64,000 bases of DNA from an uncultured Pseudomonadota bacterium (lineage in GTDB: Bacteria > Oederibacteriota > Muellerivitia > Muellerivitales > Muellerivitaceae), in assembly GCA_963843375.1 (NCBI GenBank), contig CAWJKT010000013.1, positions 1 through 64,000 on the forward strand, written 5' to 3'. The notes below the pieces were generated by a model. It saw nothing but the letters and a program-made list of their open reading frames with translations, made no database searches and was not told where the DNA came from. Every line of letters starts with the position of its first letter. Within the stretch, counting starts at the first letter, position 1. Position numbers and translations under genes: made by a program. Shown one piece after another: positions 9,668-20,028 of the stretch.

Positions 9668-11020
9668 GTGGTGCAGAATCCGCAGAAACCGAAGTCCAGT
9701 TTGGCGTGGTGGGTCGTTATCGTCCTGACGGCCTGCTACACGCTTTCATTCATCGATCGTCAGATCCTGGGCCTTCTGGTGGGTCCGATCAAGAAGGATT
9801 TCGGTGTCAGCGACACGCGCATCGGATTGCTCACCGGGTTGGCATTTTCCGTGTTCTATACGTTCCTCGGTCTGCCGCTGGGCCGCATTGCGGATACGCG
9901 CAGCCGGCGGAATCTGATCGGCATTTCCGTGCTGCTGTGGAGCTTCTTCACCGGTTGCTGCAGCCTGGCGCGGAGTTTCTGGTCGCTGATCTTCACGCGC
10001 ATCGGCGTAGGGTTCGGAGAAGCCGGCCTGTCGCCCGCCGCGTATTCGATGTTCGCCGACATTTTCCCGAAAGAGCGCCTGGGAGTTGCCATGAGCATCT
10101 TCTACATGGGCGTGTTCCTGGGACAAAGCCTGGCGCTGCTCGTGGGCGGCACGACGGTGCAGGCGGTTTCGCACATGTCTTCGATCACGCTGCCTCTGCT
10201 GGGGACGATCGCGCCGTGGCGGATGACTTTCCTCATTGCGGCCGCGCCGGGTGTTCCGTTTGCGCTGCTGGTTTACACGCTGCGCGAACCTCTGCGGCGC
10301 GGGTTGTTGCAGACCGGGGGCGAAAACAAAATCAATCCGCGCGAAACGCTGCGGCAGGTTGGCATGCGCTGGACATCGGTGGCGGGAATCTGCGGCGGGA
10401 TGATTTGCCAGGCGATCTGCAACTACGGATTCATGGCGTGGGTGCCCACCTATTTCGCGCGCACTTATCACTGGGGGCCGGCACAGACCGGGCGCGCGCT
10501 GGGCTTGATTATCGCCATTTTCGGCTGCCTCGGCATGTATGTTGGCGGACGGGTGAGCGATGGCTGGCTGAAAAAAGGAATCTACGATGCGCCGCTGCGC
10601 CTGGGCGTGCCCGCTGCGATCGGGACGGGCATCTTGTTCCCGCTGGCGTTTCTGGCGCACAATGCCACGTTGACGGTGGCGCTGATCTGCCCGGCGTTAT
10701 TCTGTCTGGCGCTGCCCATGGGCACGGCGGTGGCGGCGTTGCAGATGATTTTTCCCAATCAGGTGCGCGGGCAAGTGTCGGCATTCTACTTGTTCTGCTT
10801 GAATCTGGGCGGACTGAGCATTGGGCCATTGATGCCGGGCGTGCTGAACGATTATGTGTTTCACAGCGAAGCGGCGATCGGAATGTCCCTGGCGATTACG
10901 ATCGGCGTGGGAGCGGTGCTGATGCTGATTGCGTTTGCGGCGACACAACGGCCATACCGGGATCACTACCGGCTGCTGAATCCAGCGGAGACGGAGCGGA
11001 ATGCGGCGCGGGCGGCATAA
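9668..11020 (+). CDS. MFS transporter (spinster-like)
   Basis: SFIDRQIL, MFS motif A GRIADTRSRR, RIGVGFGEA, about 12 hydrophobic segments. Confidence 0.9.
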   Translation: MVQNPQKPKSSLAWWVVIVLTACYTLSFIDRQILGLLVGPIKKDFGVSDTRIGLLTGLAFSVFYTFLGLPLGRIADTRSRRNLIGISVLLWSFFTGCCSLARSFWSLIFTRIGVGFGEAGLSPAAYSMFADIFPKERLGVAMSIFYMGVFLGQSLALLVGGTTVQAVSHMSSITLPLLGTIAPWRMTFLIAAAPGVPFALLVYTLREPLRRGLLQTGGENKINPRETLRQVGMRWTSVAGICGGMICQAICNYGFMAWVPTYFARTYHWGPAQTGRALGLIIAIFGCLGMYVGGRVSDGWLKKGIYDAPLRLGVPAAIGTGILFPLAFLAHNATLTVALICPALFCLALPMGTAVAALQMIFPNQVRGQVSAFYLFCLNLGGLSIGPLMPGVLNDYVFHSEAAIGMSLAITIGVGAVLMLIAFAATQRPYRDHYRLLNPAETERNAARAA

Positions 11021-11033
11021 CAAGTAACGCGAT

Positions 11034-12446
11034 CTATTTGGCGTTCGTCGGCACTGTTGCCGTTCCGGCGAGGTTTGAAGTGAGGTCCAGCACGACGACG
11101 CGGACTTGCGTCGATGCCGCGTCGAGCTTCGCTTCGCTCGTAATTTCGATTCCGTCCGTGAGTGCCTTCGCGTATTCGTCCGCGCTCAGGTCGAGGTCGG
11201 CGGGTTTGCCGTCGGCGATCACTTTCTGACCGTCGGGTTGCGACTCGACGAACGCGATTCCAAGGCTCCCCTTGTAGCGCGCCCCCTGCTTGAGCAAATC
11301 CACCTTGAGCAACTCCACGTCCGCGGCGTGCACGCGAATGGAGAAACGAAATTGTCCCGGGCTGCCCTGGACGGGTGTGGCGGCCGCTGTGAAGGCGATC
11401 GCGGGATAATCGAACGCGCTGCGGCCGGCAGCATCCTCAATCGCCTGGTCCCGCTGCGCGGCATCGGGCGGCGCCACCGCGTAGTAGCGCTCTGCTGTTT
11501 GAACCTTGATATCTTTCCGCATCGCCGTGACACGAATCTTGTGGTACTTGCCGTCGAGGCGATCCGGCAGGAACGCGATCCGGTAATTCATGCGCAGCGG
11601 GTTGCCTGTAGCCTGCTCGATGGCCTGCCCCGTGGCGTCGCTCGGATACACGTGGCCGCCGGTGAGTTCGCTCAATTGCGCGAGGGTGTCTCCGGGTGAG
11701 CCCTCGTTCTGCGGGGGGAGCGAGCCATTGGGTCTCTGCTCGACCGAGTATGCCGCCGTCTGCAGCGCATTGAGGTTGGCGGCAAACGTCCGCAGAGGCG
11801 CTGTGTCGAGCTGAAACGTGCGTCCCTGATCGAAAAATCCGTTCTCGACACCCTGGGTGATCCAGACGAAACTCTTGGGGCCAGGGACTTCCGCGAGCTG
11901 CGGAATCAGCACCGCCAGCGCTTTCCACGTCGGCTCGATGCGCAGATATGCATAGCGGTCGTCCTGCGTCTTGAGACCATTGACCTGGCGCAGCGCCTGA
12001 TCGAGCATGGGCTTGACGCGCCGCGTCCACGGACCGTCCTCCGCAGTCGCTTGCGCTCCGGCCTGTCGGACGGAGTGAATGGCGAAAATTTTCTCGGCGG
12101 CCGTGAGGAGATACAGATATACGTTGTCGCCCGATTCCAGACGCTCGACGGCGCGCGTAATTTCAGTGGCGCTCAGGCCGCGGGCCGCGAAATCCGCATT
12201 GAGAAGGTCCAGAAGAATGAACGTGGCTGGAGGCCCTTTACGTGGCAGTTCGCGCACCCAGACGATCGGGCGCGGTTTGCCGTTGTCGAGAACCTGAAAA
12301 TCCCCGGCTTGCAGATTGGGAACCAGCCGGCCCTGGCTGTCGATAGCCGTGACATTCAGGTTGACCGGCGCGATGCTTTGCGGACCGGATTGTGCCATGA
12401 GCAGCACGCCTCCGGCAACGGCAACCGACAAGCCCAGGAACTTCAT
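11034..12446 (-). CDS. VWFA-related (acidobacterial-type) domain protein, exported
   Basis: Start MKFLGLSVAVAGG at 12446. VNLNVTAIDSQG..DFQVLDNGK, ILLDLLN, LSELTGG, DGKYHKIRV. Confidence 0.75.
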   Translation of the reverse strand: MKFLGLSVAVAGGVLLMAQSGPQSIAPVNLNVTAIDSQGRLVPNLQAGDFQVLDNGKPRPIVWVRELPRKGPPATFILLDLLNADFAARGLSATEITRAVERLESGDNVYLYLLTAAEKIFAIHSVRQAGAQATAEDGPWTRRVKPMLDQALRQVNGLKTQDDRYAYLRIEPTWKALAVLIPQLAEVPGPKSFVWITQGVENGFFDQGRTFQLDTAPLRTFAANLNALQTAAYSVEQRPNGSLPPQNEGSPGDTLAQLSELTGGHVYPSDATGQAIEQATGNPLRMNYRIAFLPDRLDGKYHKIRVTAMRKDIKVQTAERYYAVAPPDAAQRDQAIEDAAGRSAFDYPAIAFTAAATPVQGSPGQFRFSIRVHAADVELLKVDLLKQGARYKGSLGIAFVESQPDGQKVIADGKPADLDLSADEYAKALTDGIEITSEAKLDAASTQVRVVVLDLTSNLAGTATVPTNAK

Positions 12447-12510
12447 TTCTCGCCGATCAGTATAAAGCCAAAAAGCCCTGCAAACGGTCTTGTAATAAAC
12501 TACACGCATT

Positions 12511-13185
12511 ATGCGGACGGCAAACCTGGCGGCGCTTGCGGTCGTGAGTGCGGCCTGCGTGATGGGACAACAGCCCGCGGCGCGCGGGCCGCAGCAGCCA
12601 ATGACGTTTTTCGTCACCAGCGAGGGTTCGGGAAATGGAGGCAATCTGGGAGGGCTGAAGGGCGCCGACCAGCGGTGCCAGATGCTGGCTGCGGCGGCCG
12701 GGGCTGGCAATCGCACGTGGCATGCCTACCTGAGCACACAGTCTGAAGATGGCCGTCCGGCGGTGAATGCGCGCGATCGGATCGGGAAGGGGCCCTGGTA
12801 CAACTCGAAGGGCGCGCGCGTCGCCAAAGGGCTCGACGATCTGCACGGCGACACCCTGGAACTGGCGCGCATCGGCAGCAGTTTGACGAAAATTACGGCG
12901 CTTACGGAAAAGGGCGACGTGATCGCCGGGCCCCCGGACGTGAACCAGCGGCACGATATTCTGACCGGCTCCGAGACCGACGGCAGGGCGTTCACGGATG
13001 CCGCCGATCATACTTGCCATAACTGGACCAGCAGCGGCGAAGGTTCAGCCCAGATCGGCCATCCCGACCATACCGGCGGCCCCAATACTTCGTGGAACTC
13101 GGCCCATGCAAGCCGGGGCTGCAGCCAGGAAAGCTTGAAGACCATGGGCGGCGCGGGATTGTTCTACTGTTTCGCCGTCGAGTGA
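12511..13185 (+). CDS. Exported lectin/endostatin-like (DUF1554-related) protein
   Basis: Signal peptide, FFVTS, GNLGGLKGADQRCQ, WHAYLS, NARDRIG, HDILTGS, TCHNWTS, FYCFA. Confidence 0.7.
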   Translation: MRTANLAALAVVSAACVMGQQPAARGPQQPMTFFVTSEGSGNGGNLGGLKGADQRCQMLAAAAGAGNRTWHAYLSTQSEDGRPAVNARDRIGKGPWYNSKGARVAKGLDDLHGDTLELARIGSSLTKITALTEKGDVIAGPPDVNQRHDILTGSETDGRAFTDAADHTCHNWTSSGEGSAQIGHPDHTGGPNTSWNSAHASRGCSQESLKTMGGAGLFYCFAVE

Positions 13186-13244
13186 CAGAACCGGTAAGAT
13201 AGTTAAAGCGTGGGCTTTGTTTTTGGGCGGCTCGGATTGATTTC

Positions 13245-13270
13245 GTAACCTTGCCGCTGTAGTCTGCGTT
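13245..13270 (+). promoter_or_regulatory. Possible ECF-sigma promoter (GTAAC-N17-CGTT) about 10 nt upstream of the 13281 start
   Basis: Match to the generic ECF AAC...CGT consensus only. Confidence 0.3.
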
Positions 13271-13280
13271 CAGAGGGTAT

Positions 13281-15096
13281 ATGGCGCGCGGGTTCTCATT
13301 ACCGATCCTTCTCCTGCTGGCCAGCGCTCCCGGGTTCGGCCAGATCATCATCGGCCCTGGCGGCGGCGGTTACCCTGGCGGTGGCTATCCCGGAGGAGGT
13401 TATCCGGGCCGGCGATATCCGCAAGGGGGACCGAATGGGCCCAACGGGCCCAACCAGGGGAATCAGTCGAACGCGACCACGATGATCGGCATCCTCCGGA
13501 ACATCGGCGAAAAGAGCGTCGTGATCGAAGACGACGATAAGAACGTCACCACGGTCGCGATCGCGAGTTCGACGAAATACCTCACCACTTCCGGGAGCAA
13601 AACAAACATAGGCGATTTCCAGCCCGGCGATCACGTCAACATCAGCGCGAAAGAGGACAACAACAAGAATTACAAAGCGCTGTCGATGTCGATGGTGACG
13701 GAGGGTACGGCCGAGGAGCACTCGCTCGCATCGCTGCATACGGACGACACGAATCCGCTGCCGCGGTCGGGGGATAGTTCGTCCGCCTCCAACAACTCGG
13801 CCAGTAAGTCTTCCGGCAGTTCGTCGAGCGGCAGCGGGAACCATCCGACGCTGCGTCGGGCTGCGTCGAGTTCGGATGACAGCTCCACCAGTTCGTCGGC
13901 GTCGTCGAGCCGTTCGTCGAGCGACGGCGACAACGACCCCGATCGACCCAGGCTGCGGCGGCCATCATCGAGTTCGGGCAACAGCACGGACAACTCTTCG
14001 AGCAGTTCTTCGAGCAGTTCATCGAACAGTTCATCCAGCAATTCATCCGGCAGCACCGACGGACCTCCGAGAATGCGCCGGGCGGTTTCCAGTTCGGACG
14101 ACGGCAGCCCGAAGGCGGAAATTAACCCAGGCGATTCGGCGACCATCGCGGCGCCGCGTCCGTCAAGCGGCAATAACAGCAGCGGCAACAGTAGTAACGG
14201 CAACTCCGATTCCGGCGCGCCGCGATTGAGGCGCAGCGCGCCGGCGGCAGACTCCGATGCCGTGGTAGCGGATGCGCGCCCGAGTCTGCATGCGGACGAC
14301 GCCAACGGCGTGACCCATCTGCCCGCGCCGCCAACGGTCGACAGAAACGCCTCCGGGGCGCCGCAGGTGCGCAGGGCTGCGAGCGGGGACGACGTCATCG
14401 ACAATGCGCGGGAAGCGGCTTTTTCATTTACGGAGACACTGCCGAACTATGTGGTCAAGCAGTTTACGACGCGCTATGGGACGGTGCTATCGCGCGGTGG
14501 CCGCACTTCCTGGCAGGCGCTGGATACAGTGACCGCCGATGTGATCGAGGAGAATGGCGAAGAGAAATACAAGAACATTCTGGTCAACGGCAAGCCCGGG
14601 AGACGTGGAGAAGTCCGGCTCCTGGTCGAAAGGGGAATTCTCCAGCCTGCAACTGGACGTGCTCTCGCCGCTCACCAATGCGGATTTTCACGGCAGACGG
14701 GCCACCACGATCGTGAACCGGCCCGCGATCCGCTTCGATTTTTCGGTGGAGCAGCCGAACTCGCATTGGCACGTGGAGTCGGAAGGCCAGAACTATCTGC
14801 CCGGCTACACGGGCACGATCTGGATCGACAAAGAGAATTACCGTGTGCTGCGCATTGAGCTTTCGGCGCAGAATATGCCGCGGTCCTTCCCGCTCGATCA
14901 GGTGGAGTCGGCTGTCGATTACGACTACGTGGTCATCGGCGAGGGTAAATATCTGCTTCCCGTCCATTCCGAGGCGCTCAGTTGCGGCCGCGTATCGGGT
15001 GGGCCCAGCCAGTGCTCGCGGAACGTGATCGAGTTCCGGAACTACAAGAAGTTCACCGCCGATACCAGCATCACGTTCGCTGCCGACGATAAATAG
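13281..15096 (+). CDS. Exported protein: GGYP repeats, DUF5666-like domain, long Ser-rich linker and conserved C-terminal domain; indel near 14598
   Basis: ORF 13281 (..AFSFTETLPNY..NILVNGKP) continues in ORF 14554-15096 (SGSWSKGEF..GTIWIDKENYRVLRIE..EFRNYKKF). Confidence 0.7.
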
Positions 15097-15169
15097 TGAC
15101 AAGTAGTGATAACGAGTAACGGCAAGTAACGCTCCGCAACTCTGATAAAATCCTTCCCTGGAGTTAGCG

Positions 15170-16222
15170 ATGAATCGTCGAGTTCCGGTATTGGCGCTGG
15201 GCACAGCCCTCGCATGCATCGTTTTTGAGGCACAAGCGCAGACACCACCTCCCGCCACAGCCGATCCTTATGCCAATAATGCCGCGGCGGGAACCCTGAC
15301 ATTCCCCCTTGCGGCGCCTGCGGGCAAAGACTCCGGGGCCATCACGAAAGCCCCCGCCGGCGCGGTGAATCAGGGGCCGCTCGATCCGGCAAAATGGAAA
15401 TACGGGCCGGCTTACGATCACGCGGCGGACGCCAAAATCTGGAATCCGGTGAAACTCAAAATGATGCGCGGTGAGAAGGTGACCGGCGGCACGGTGTTCA
15501 GCACCGATAGTCCGGAAACGTATTGCGCCATGGCTAATGCCGGCTACGATTTCATCTGGACCGAAATGCAGCACGACTCGCGCGACTGGGAAGCGGTGGG
15601 CCGCATGTGGAAAGCTTGCCCGCACGCCAAAGCGGTGCCCGGCGTGCGCGTAGCCTACACGGACGAACGTGAAATTCAGCATGCAATGGATCTGGGCGCG
15701 CTGGTCATCGTGGTTCCGACGGTGCGTTCGGTGGAAGAGGGCAAAGCGGCGCGCGACTGGACCATGTTTCCGCCCCTCGGCAAGCGCAGCCAGGGTGGAG
15801 GACAGGCCTTCGATCCGGAGATGTGGGGCAACGTCCCTGGTGGGTATCGCAACACCATCAACGACAATATTGTCCTGATCGAGATGATTGAAACGCTGGA
15901 TGGCGCGTTGGCCGCCCGGGAAATCGCCTCGACCCCCGGCGTCACGGCGATCTTTGCAGCCAGCGGAGATCTGGGAAATTTCTCGGGGTACAAACAAGGT
16001 ACGCCCGATTACGAGCGGCTGATCAACATCGTGCACGATGCGGCCCTCGCTGCGGGCAAACGGCTGTGCGGGCCGTTTGCCTGGCGCGACCGGCCCGATT
16101 TCACCTGCTTCCAGAATGGCAGCGAGACGGCCGCCATCGCGCGCGGCGTCGCGGCCGAACTCGGGCCGCTGAAGGATACGCAGGCGAAGCCCGAAGTCGG
16201 GCCCTATGCGCCCAGGAAGTAG
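15170..16222 (+). CDS. HpcH/HpaI aldolase/citrate lyase family protein with N-terminal signal peptide
   Basis: WTEMQH, PGVRV, AMDLGA, FPPLGKRSQGG, MIETLDG, ASGDL. N-terminus MNRRVPVLALGTALACIVFEAQA. Confidence 0.8.
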   Translation: MNRRVPVLALGTALACIVFEAQAQTPPPATADPYANNAAAGTLTFPLAAPAGKDSGAITKAPAGAVNQGPLDPAKWKYGPAYDHAADAKIWNPVKLKMMRGEKVTGGTVFSTDSPETYCAMANAGYDFIWTEMQHDSRDWEAVGRMWKACPHAKAVPGVRVAYTDEREIQHAMDLGALVIVVPTVRSVEEGKAARDWTMFPPLGKRSQGGGQAFDPEMWGNVPGGYRNTINDNIVLIEMIETLDGALAAREIASTPGVTAIFAASGDLGNFSGYKQGTPDYERLINIVHDAALAAGKRLCGPFAWRDRPDFTCFQNGSETAAIARGVAAELGPLKDTQAKPEVGPYAPRK

Positions 16223-17606
16223 AAGCCGCGGATTCTTTCGCGCTTACCTCGCACTCGTCGCGCTGGCTACCCTGCCTGCGTGCGCTCAGCAACTGCCGGT
16301 TTCGAAGAACATGACGCTGGTTGCGCACAGCGATCTGGGCGGCAACGGCGACGGCGGGGAAGGAATGGCGATTCAGATCACTCGCGACAGCCGCCGTGTC
16401 CTCTACCTTGCTCACGAATCGCAGAAAACCTGCCTGAGCATCGTGGATGTCACCAACCCCGCCAGGCCCGCTTTGATCAACCAGCTTCCAGTGCCCGCGC
16501 CGGGCGTCACGCGCTGCAACTCGCTGGCGCTTTCGGGGAATGTGCTTGTGGTTGCCAATCAAACCCTGAAGGTTAACCAACGGGTTGCGGGGCTGTGGGT
16601 GCTCGACGTGTCCAACCCGAAACGCGTCCGCCAGGCGAAGACGCTCGACGATCTGAAGCTTTCTTTCTTTGATACCTCGGGGCAGTTCTCCCGCGGCGTC
16701 CATTGCGTTTGGTTCGTCGACGGCGAATTCGTTCACATGGCAACGGGCGCGGCCGACTTCGAACCGGCCAATCCCAATGACGATCAGTTCTACATGATTG
16801 TCGATCTGCGCGACCCGAAAAATCCCAGGGAAGCCGGCCGCTGGTGGTATCCGGGCACGCGCAAAGGCGACGCCTGTCTGCCGGGTTGCCTCCCGCCGCG
16901 TAATTCCCGCATCGACAGCGGCTACCGTCCCCACCAGACGGAGGTCTGGCCGGATCATCCGGATCGCGCATATGTCGCGTACATCGAAGGGGGCGCGTTC
17001 ATCCTGGATATCTCCGGTCTCGCCGACGTGAAGGCAAGGCGCGCACGGACATTTGCGCCGAAGGTCCTGGGCCACCTGACGACCCCGCCGGCACCCACGT
17101 TCACGCACACATTGCAGCCCACATTCGACCGCGGCCTTGCCTTCGTGTCGGACGAATCCACCCAGGACAACTGCAAAGACATGCCCAAGCTGGTCTGGCT
17201 GGCGGACATTCGATCCGAGTCGAACCCACGGGCCATCGCGACCGCGCCTCTGCGCGCCGGTGATGGCGAGTTGTGCAAAAAAGGCGGCCGTTTCGGCGCG
17301 CATAACCTCAGCCCCAATTTTCCGGGCCGGACTTCGCGCCGCTTGAAGAATACGACCGTCGCCAGCTGGTTCAACGGCGGTGTGCGCATTTTCCATATCG
17401 TCAATGCGCCGGCTGCAAGCCCGAACACCACGCCGCATCTCGAAGAAATCGGCTACTACACGCCGGCGGCGCTGCCGCGCAATCCGGGCGCGATGCCCCA
17501 GATCAACCACGCCATCGTCGATGAAAACGGGTTGATCTACGCCAACGACCGCATCAGCGGCGGCCTCTATATTCTGCGGTACACAGGACGCGTGCCGCTG
17601 GATTGA
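16206..17606 (+). CDS. LVIVD-repeat beta-propeller protein, exported
   Basis: LSIVDVTNP, LWVLDVSNP, YMIVDLRDP, FILDIS, GRFGAHN, SWFNGGVRIF, GGLYIL. Confidence 0.8.
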   Translation: MRPGSRSRGFFRAYLALVALATLPACAQQLPVSKNMTLVAHSDLGGNGDGGEGMAIQITRDSRRVLYLAHESQKTCLSIVDVTNPARPALINQLPVPAPGVTRCNSLALSGNVLVVANQTLKVNQRVAGLWVLDVSNPKRVRQAKTLDDLKLSFFDTSGQFSRGVHCVWFVDGEFVHMATGAADFEPANPNDDQFYMIVDLRDPKNPREAGRWWYPGTRKGDACLPGCLPPRNSRIDSGYRPHQTEVWPDHPDRAYVAYIEGGAFILDISGLADVKARRARTFAPKVLGHLTTPPAPTFTHTLQPTFDRGLAFVSDESTQDNCKDMPKLVWLADIRSESNPRAIATAPLRAGDGELCKKGGRFGAHNLSPNFPGRTSRRLKNTTVASWFNGGVRIFHIVNAPAASPNTTPHLEEIGYYTPAALPRNPGAMPQINHAIVDENGLIYANDRISGGLYILRYTGRVPLD

Positions 17607-17661
17607 GCGCCCCTCGCGCCGGATTCCAGTAGCGCAATTGAGTAAAATTAGCTGAATTCCT

Positions 17662-20010
17662 ATGCCCCTCTCCGCAGGTGACCGGCTGGGCCCCTACGAG
17701 ATACTCGCTCCCCTTGGCGCGGGCGGCATGGGAGAGGTTTATCGCGCGCGGGACTCCCGCCTGGGACGCGAGGTCGCCGTGAAAGTCCTGCCCGAGCATC
17801 TGGCCGACAGCCCCGAGGCGCTGGAACGCTTCGAGCGCGAGGGTAAAGCGGTGGCGGCGCTGTCTCACCCCAACATTCTCGTGTTGTTCGATGCCGGCGT
17901 CCAGGACGGGGTTCGGTACGCCGTGACAGAGTTGCTGGAAGGAGAGACGCTGCGCGAACGTCTCAACCGTGGACCACTCTCGTGGCGCAAGACCATCGAA
18001 CTGGGAATGGAGGTGGCCGAGGGTCTCGCCGCCGCGCACAGCAAGGACATCATTCATCGCGATATCAAGCCGGACAACATTTTCCTCACCACGGGCGGCC
18101 ATATCAAAATTCTCGATTTTGGATTAGCGCGACGGGAGCAGGAAGAGTCTTCCGAAGACGCGGTAACGCGGGCGGAAACCCAACCGGGAGTGGTCATGGG
18201 CAGCTCCGGCTACATGTCGCCCGAACAAGTGCGCGGCGAGAAAGCGGGCGCGCCGAGCGACATTTTCTCCCTGGGCTGCGTGCTCTATGAAGCGGTGAGC
18301 GGGCGCCGGGCATTTCCCGGCAAGTCGGCCGGGGACACGATGGCGGCCATTCTCAAGGACGATCCCTCCGCGATCGCCGACACCGGTGTACAAGTTCCCG
18401 CGGAACTGGAGCGAGTGATAGACCGGTGCCTGGCAAAGAATCCCGCGCAACGATTTCATTCCGCCCACGATCTCGCATTTGCCCTGAGAGGGATGCTCAG
18501 CGGGACCAGCGAGAAACCCGCCGCGGCAGTGGGACGGCCCGGGGTGCGCTTTCGCGTGCTTGCCATTGCGGCCGCTGTGGTGATTCTCGCGGCTGCGGGC
18601 TTGGTGTACTGGCGCAGCCACGCGGGGAAAAGCATCGACTCGATCGCTGTACTGCCCTTCGCCAACATGAGCGGCAACGCCGACACCGATTATCTCAGCG
18701 ATGGAATCACGGAGAGCCTGACGGACAGCCTTTCCGAATTGCCCAACTTGAAAGTGATGTCGAAAAGCGCGGTGGCGCGCTACAAAGGCAAGGAACCGGA
18801 TGTCCCGACAGTCGGCCGGGAGCTCGGCGTGCGTGCGGTTCTCACCGGCCGCATTACCCAGCGCGGCGACAACCTCACGGTGAGCGCGGAGTTAGTGGAT
18901 GCCGCCGACAACAGCCACTTGTGGGGCGAGCAGTACGATCGCAAGCTGGCCGATGCGCTGGCGGTTCAAAACGACATTGCGCATCAGATCGTGGAGAAGC
19001 TACGGCTGCGCCTGAGCAACACTCAAATGGCGCACATGACCACGCGCCAGACCGCCAACCCCGAAGCCTATCAGCTCTATTTGAAGGGGCGTTACTTCGC
19101 AGGTCAGTTTTCGCAGGAAGGCCTGGACAAGGGCATGAATTATTTCCGGCAGGCCATCGCCCTCGACCCCAGCTATGCATTGGCTTACGACGGGATGGCG
19201 TACTACTATACGTTGATCGAAGACTTGACTGCGGCTCCCGATGATGTCATGCCCAAATCGGAAGAGGCAGCCCGCAGGGCGATGGAACTCGACGATTCCC
19301 TGGTGGAACCGCATGTGGAACAGGGCTTCAATTACACTTGTTACGCCTACGATTGGGCCGCGGCGGAACGCGAATTCCAGCGCGCGCTCAGCCTCAATCC
19401 CAATTACGCCGCCGCGCATGAGTTTTACAGTTGGTATCTGATTTCGGTGGGGCGCAGCGAGAAAGCCGTTCAAGAGGGGCAACGGGCCGTGGAGCTTGAT
19501 CCGCTTTCGGCGGAAATCCATTCGATCCTCGGCTTGGTTTTGTACTATTCCCGCCGCTACGATCGGGCTGCGGTGGAACTCCACAAAACTCTGGAACTTG
19601 ATCCCAACTATTGGATTGGATACTTTTTTCTGGGGCAGGTGTATGCGCAACAGGGCAAGTTTGACGATGCGATCGCCGCACAACGAAAAGCCTCAGAGTC
19701 ATTCGGGAGCGCCGTCTCGTGGCCGCTCGCCGAGATTGCCCGCGACTATGCGCTCGAAGGCAAGCTCCCGGAGGCCCGCCAGGCGATCCGGGATTTTCTA
19801 ACGCGCACCCGGCAAATCCACGGCACGCCCTACGGCCTCGTTGCGGTTTACGCGGCGCTCGGCGATAAGGATCAGGCCTTCGCCCAACTCGAGCAGGCGT
19901 TGGCGCAGCGTTCTGAATTCATGGATTTTCTGAAAGTCGACCCCGAACTCGACAGCCTGCATTCGGACCCGCGGTTTCAGAATCTGCTGGCCCGCATGAA
20001 CTTGAAGTAA
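17662..20010 (+). CDS. Hanks-type Ser/Thr protein kinase with TM helix, TolB-like N domain and TPR repeats
   Basis: LGAGGMGEVY, VAVK, HRDIKPDN, DFG, YMSPE, SIAVLPFAN, TPR helices. Confidence 0.92.
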   Translation: MPLSAGDRLGPYEILAPLGAGGMGEVYRARDSRLGREVAVKVLPEHLADSPEALERFEREGKAVAALSHPNILVLFDAGVQDGVRYAVTELLEGETLRERLNRGPLSWRKTIELGMEVAEGLAAAHSKDIIHRDIKPDNIFLTTGGHIKILDFGLARREQEESSEDAVTRAETQPGVVMGSSGYMSPEQVRGEKAGAPSDIFSLGCVLYEAVSGRRAFPGKSAGDTMAAILKDDPSAIADTGVQVPAELERVIDRCLAKNPAQRFHSAHDLAFALRGMLSGTSEKPAAAVGRPGVRFRVLAIAAAVVILAAAGLVYWRSHAGKSIDSIAVLPFANMSGNADTDYLSDGITESLTDSLSELPNLKVMSKSAVARYKGKEPDVPTVGRELGVRAVLTGRITQRGDNLTVSAELVDAADNSHLWGEQYDRKLADALAVQNDIAHQIVEKLRLRLSNTQMAHMTTRQTANPEAYQLYLKGRYFAGQFSQEGLDKGMNYFRQAIALDPSYALAYDGMAYYYTLIEDLTAAPDDVMPKSEEAARRAMELDDSLVEPHVEQGFNYTCYAYDWAAAEREFQRALSLNPNYAAAHEFYSWYLISVGRSEKAVQEGQRAVELDPLSAEIHSILGLVLYYSRRYDRAAVELHKTLELDPNYWIGYFFLGQVYAQQGKFDDAIAAQRKASESFGSAVSWPLAEIARDYALEGKLPEARQAIRDFLTRTRQIHGTPYGLVAVYAALGDKDQAFAQLEQALAQRSEFMDFLKVDPELDSLHSDPRFQNLLARMNLK

Positions 20011-20028
20011 ACTGAACTGGTCGATCTT

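Noticed and set aside
15094..15135. Imperfect short repeats (TAGTGACAAG/TAGTGATAAC/TAACGGCAAG)
   Set aside because: Too short and degenerate to distinguish from chance
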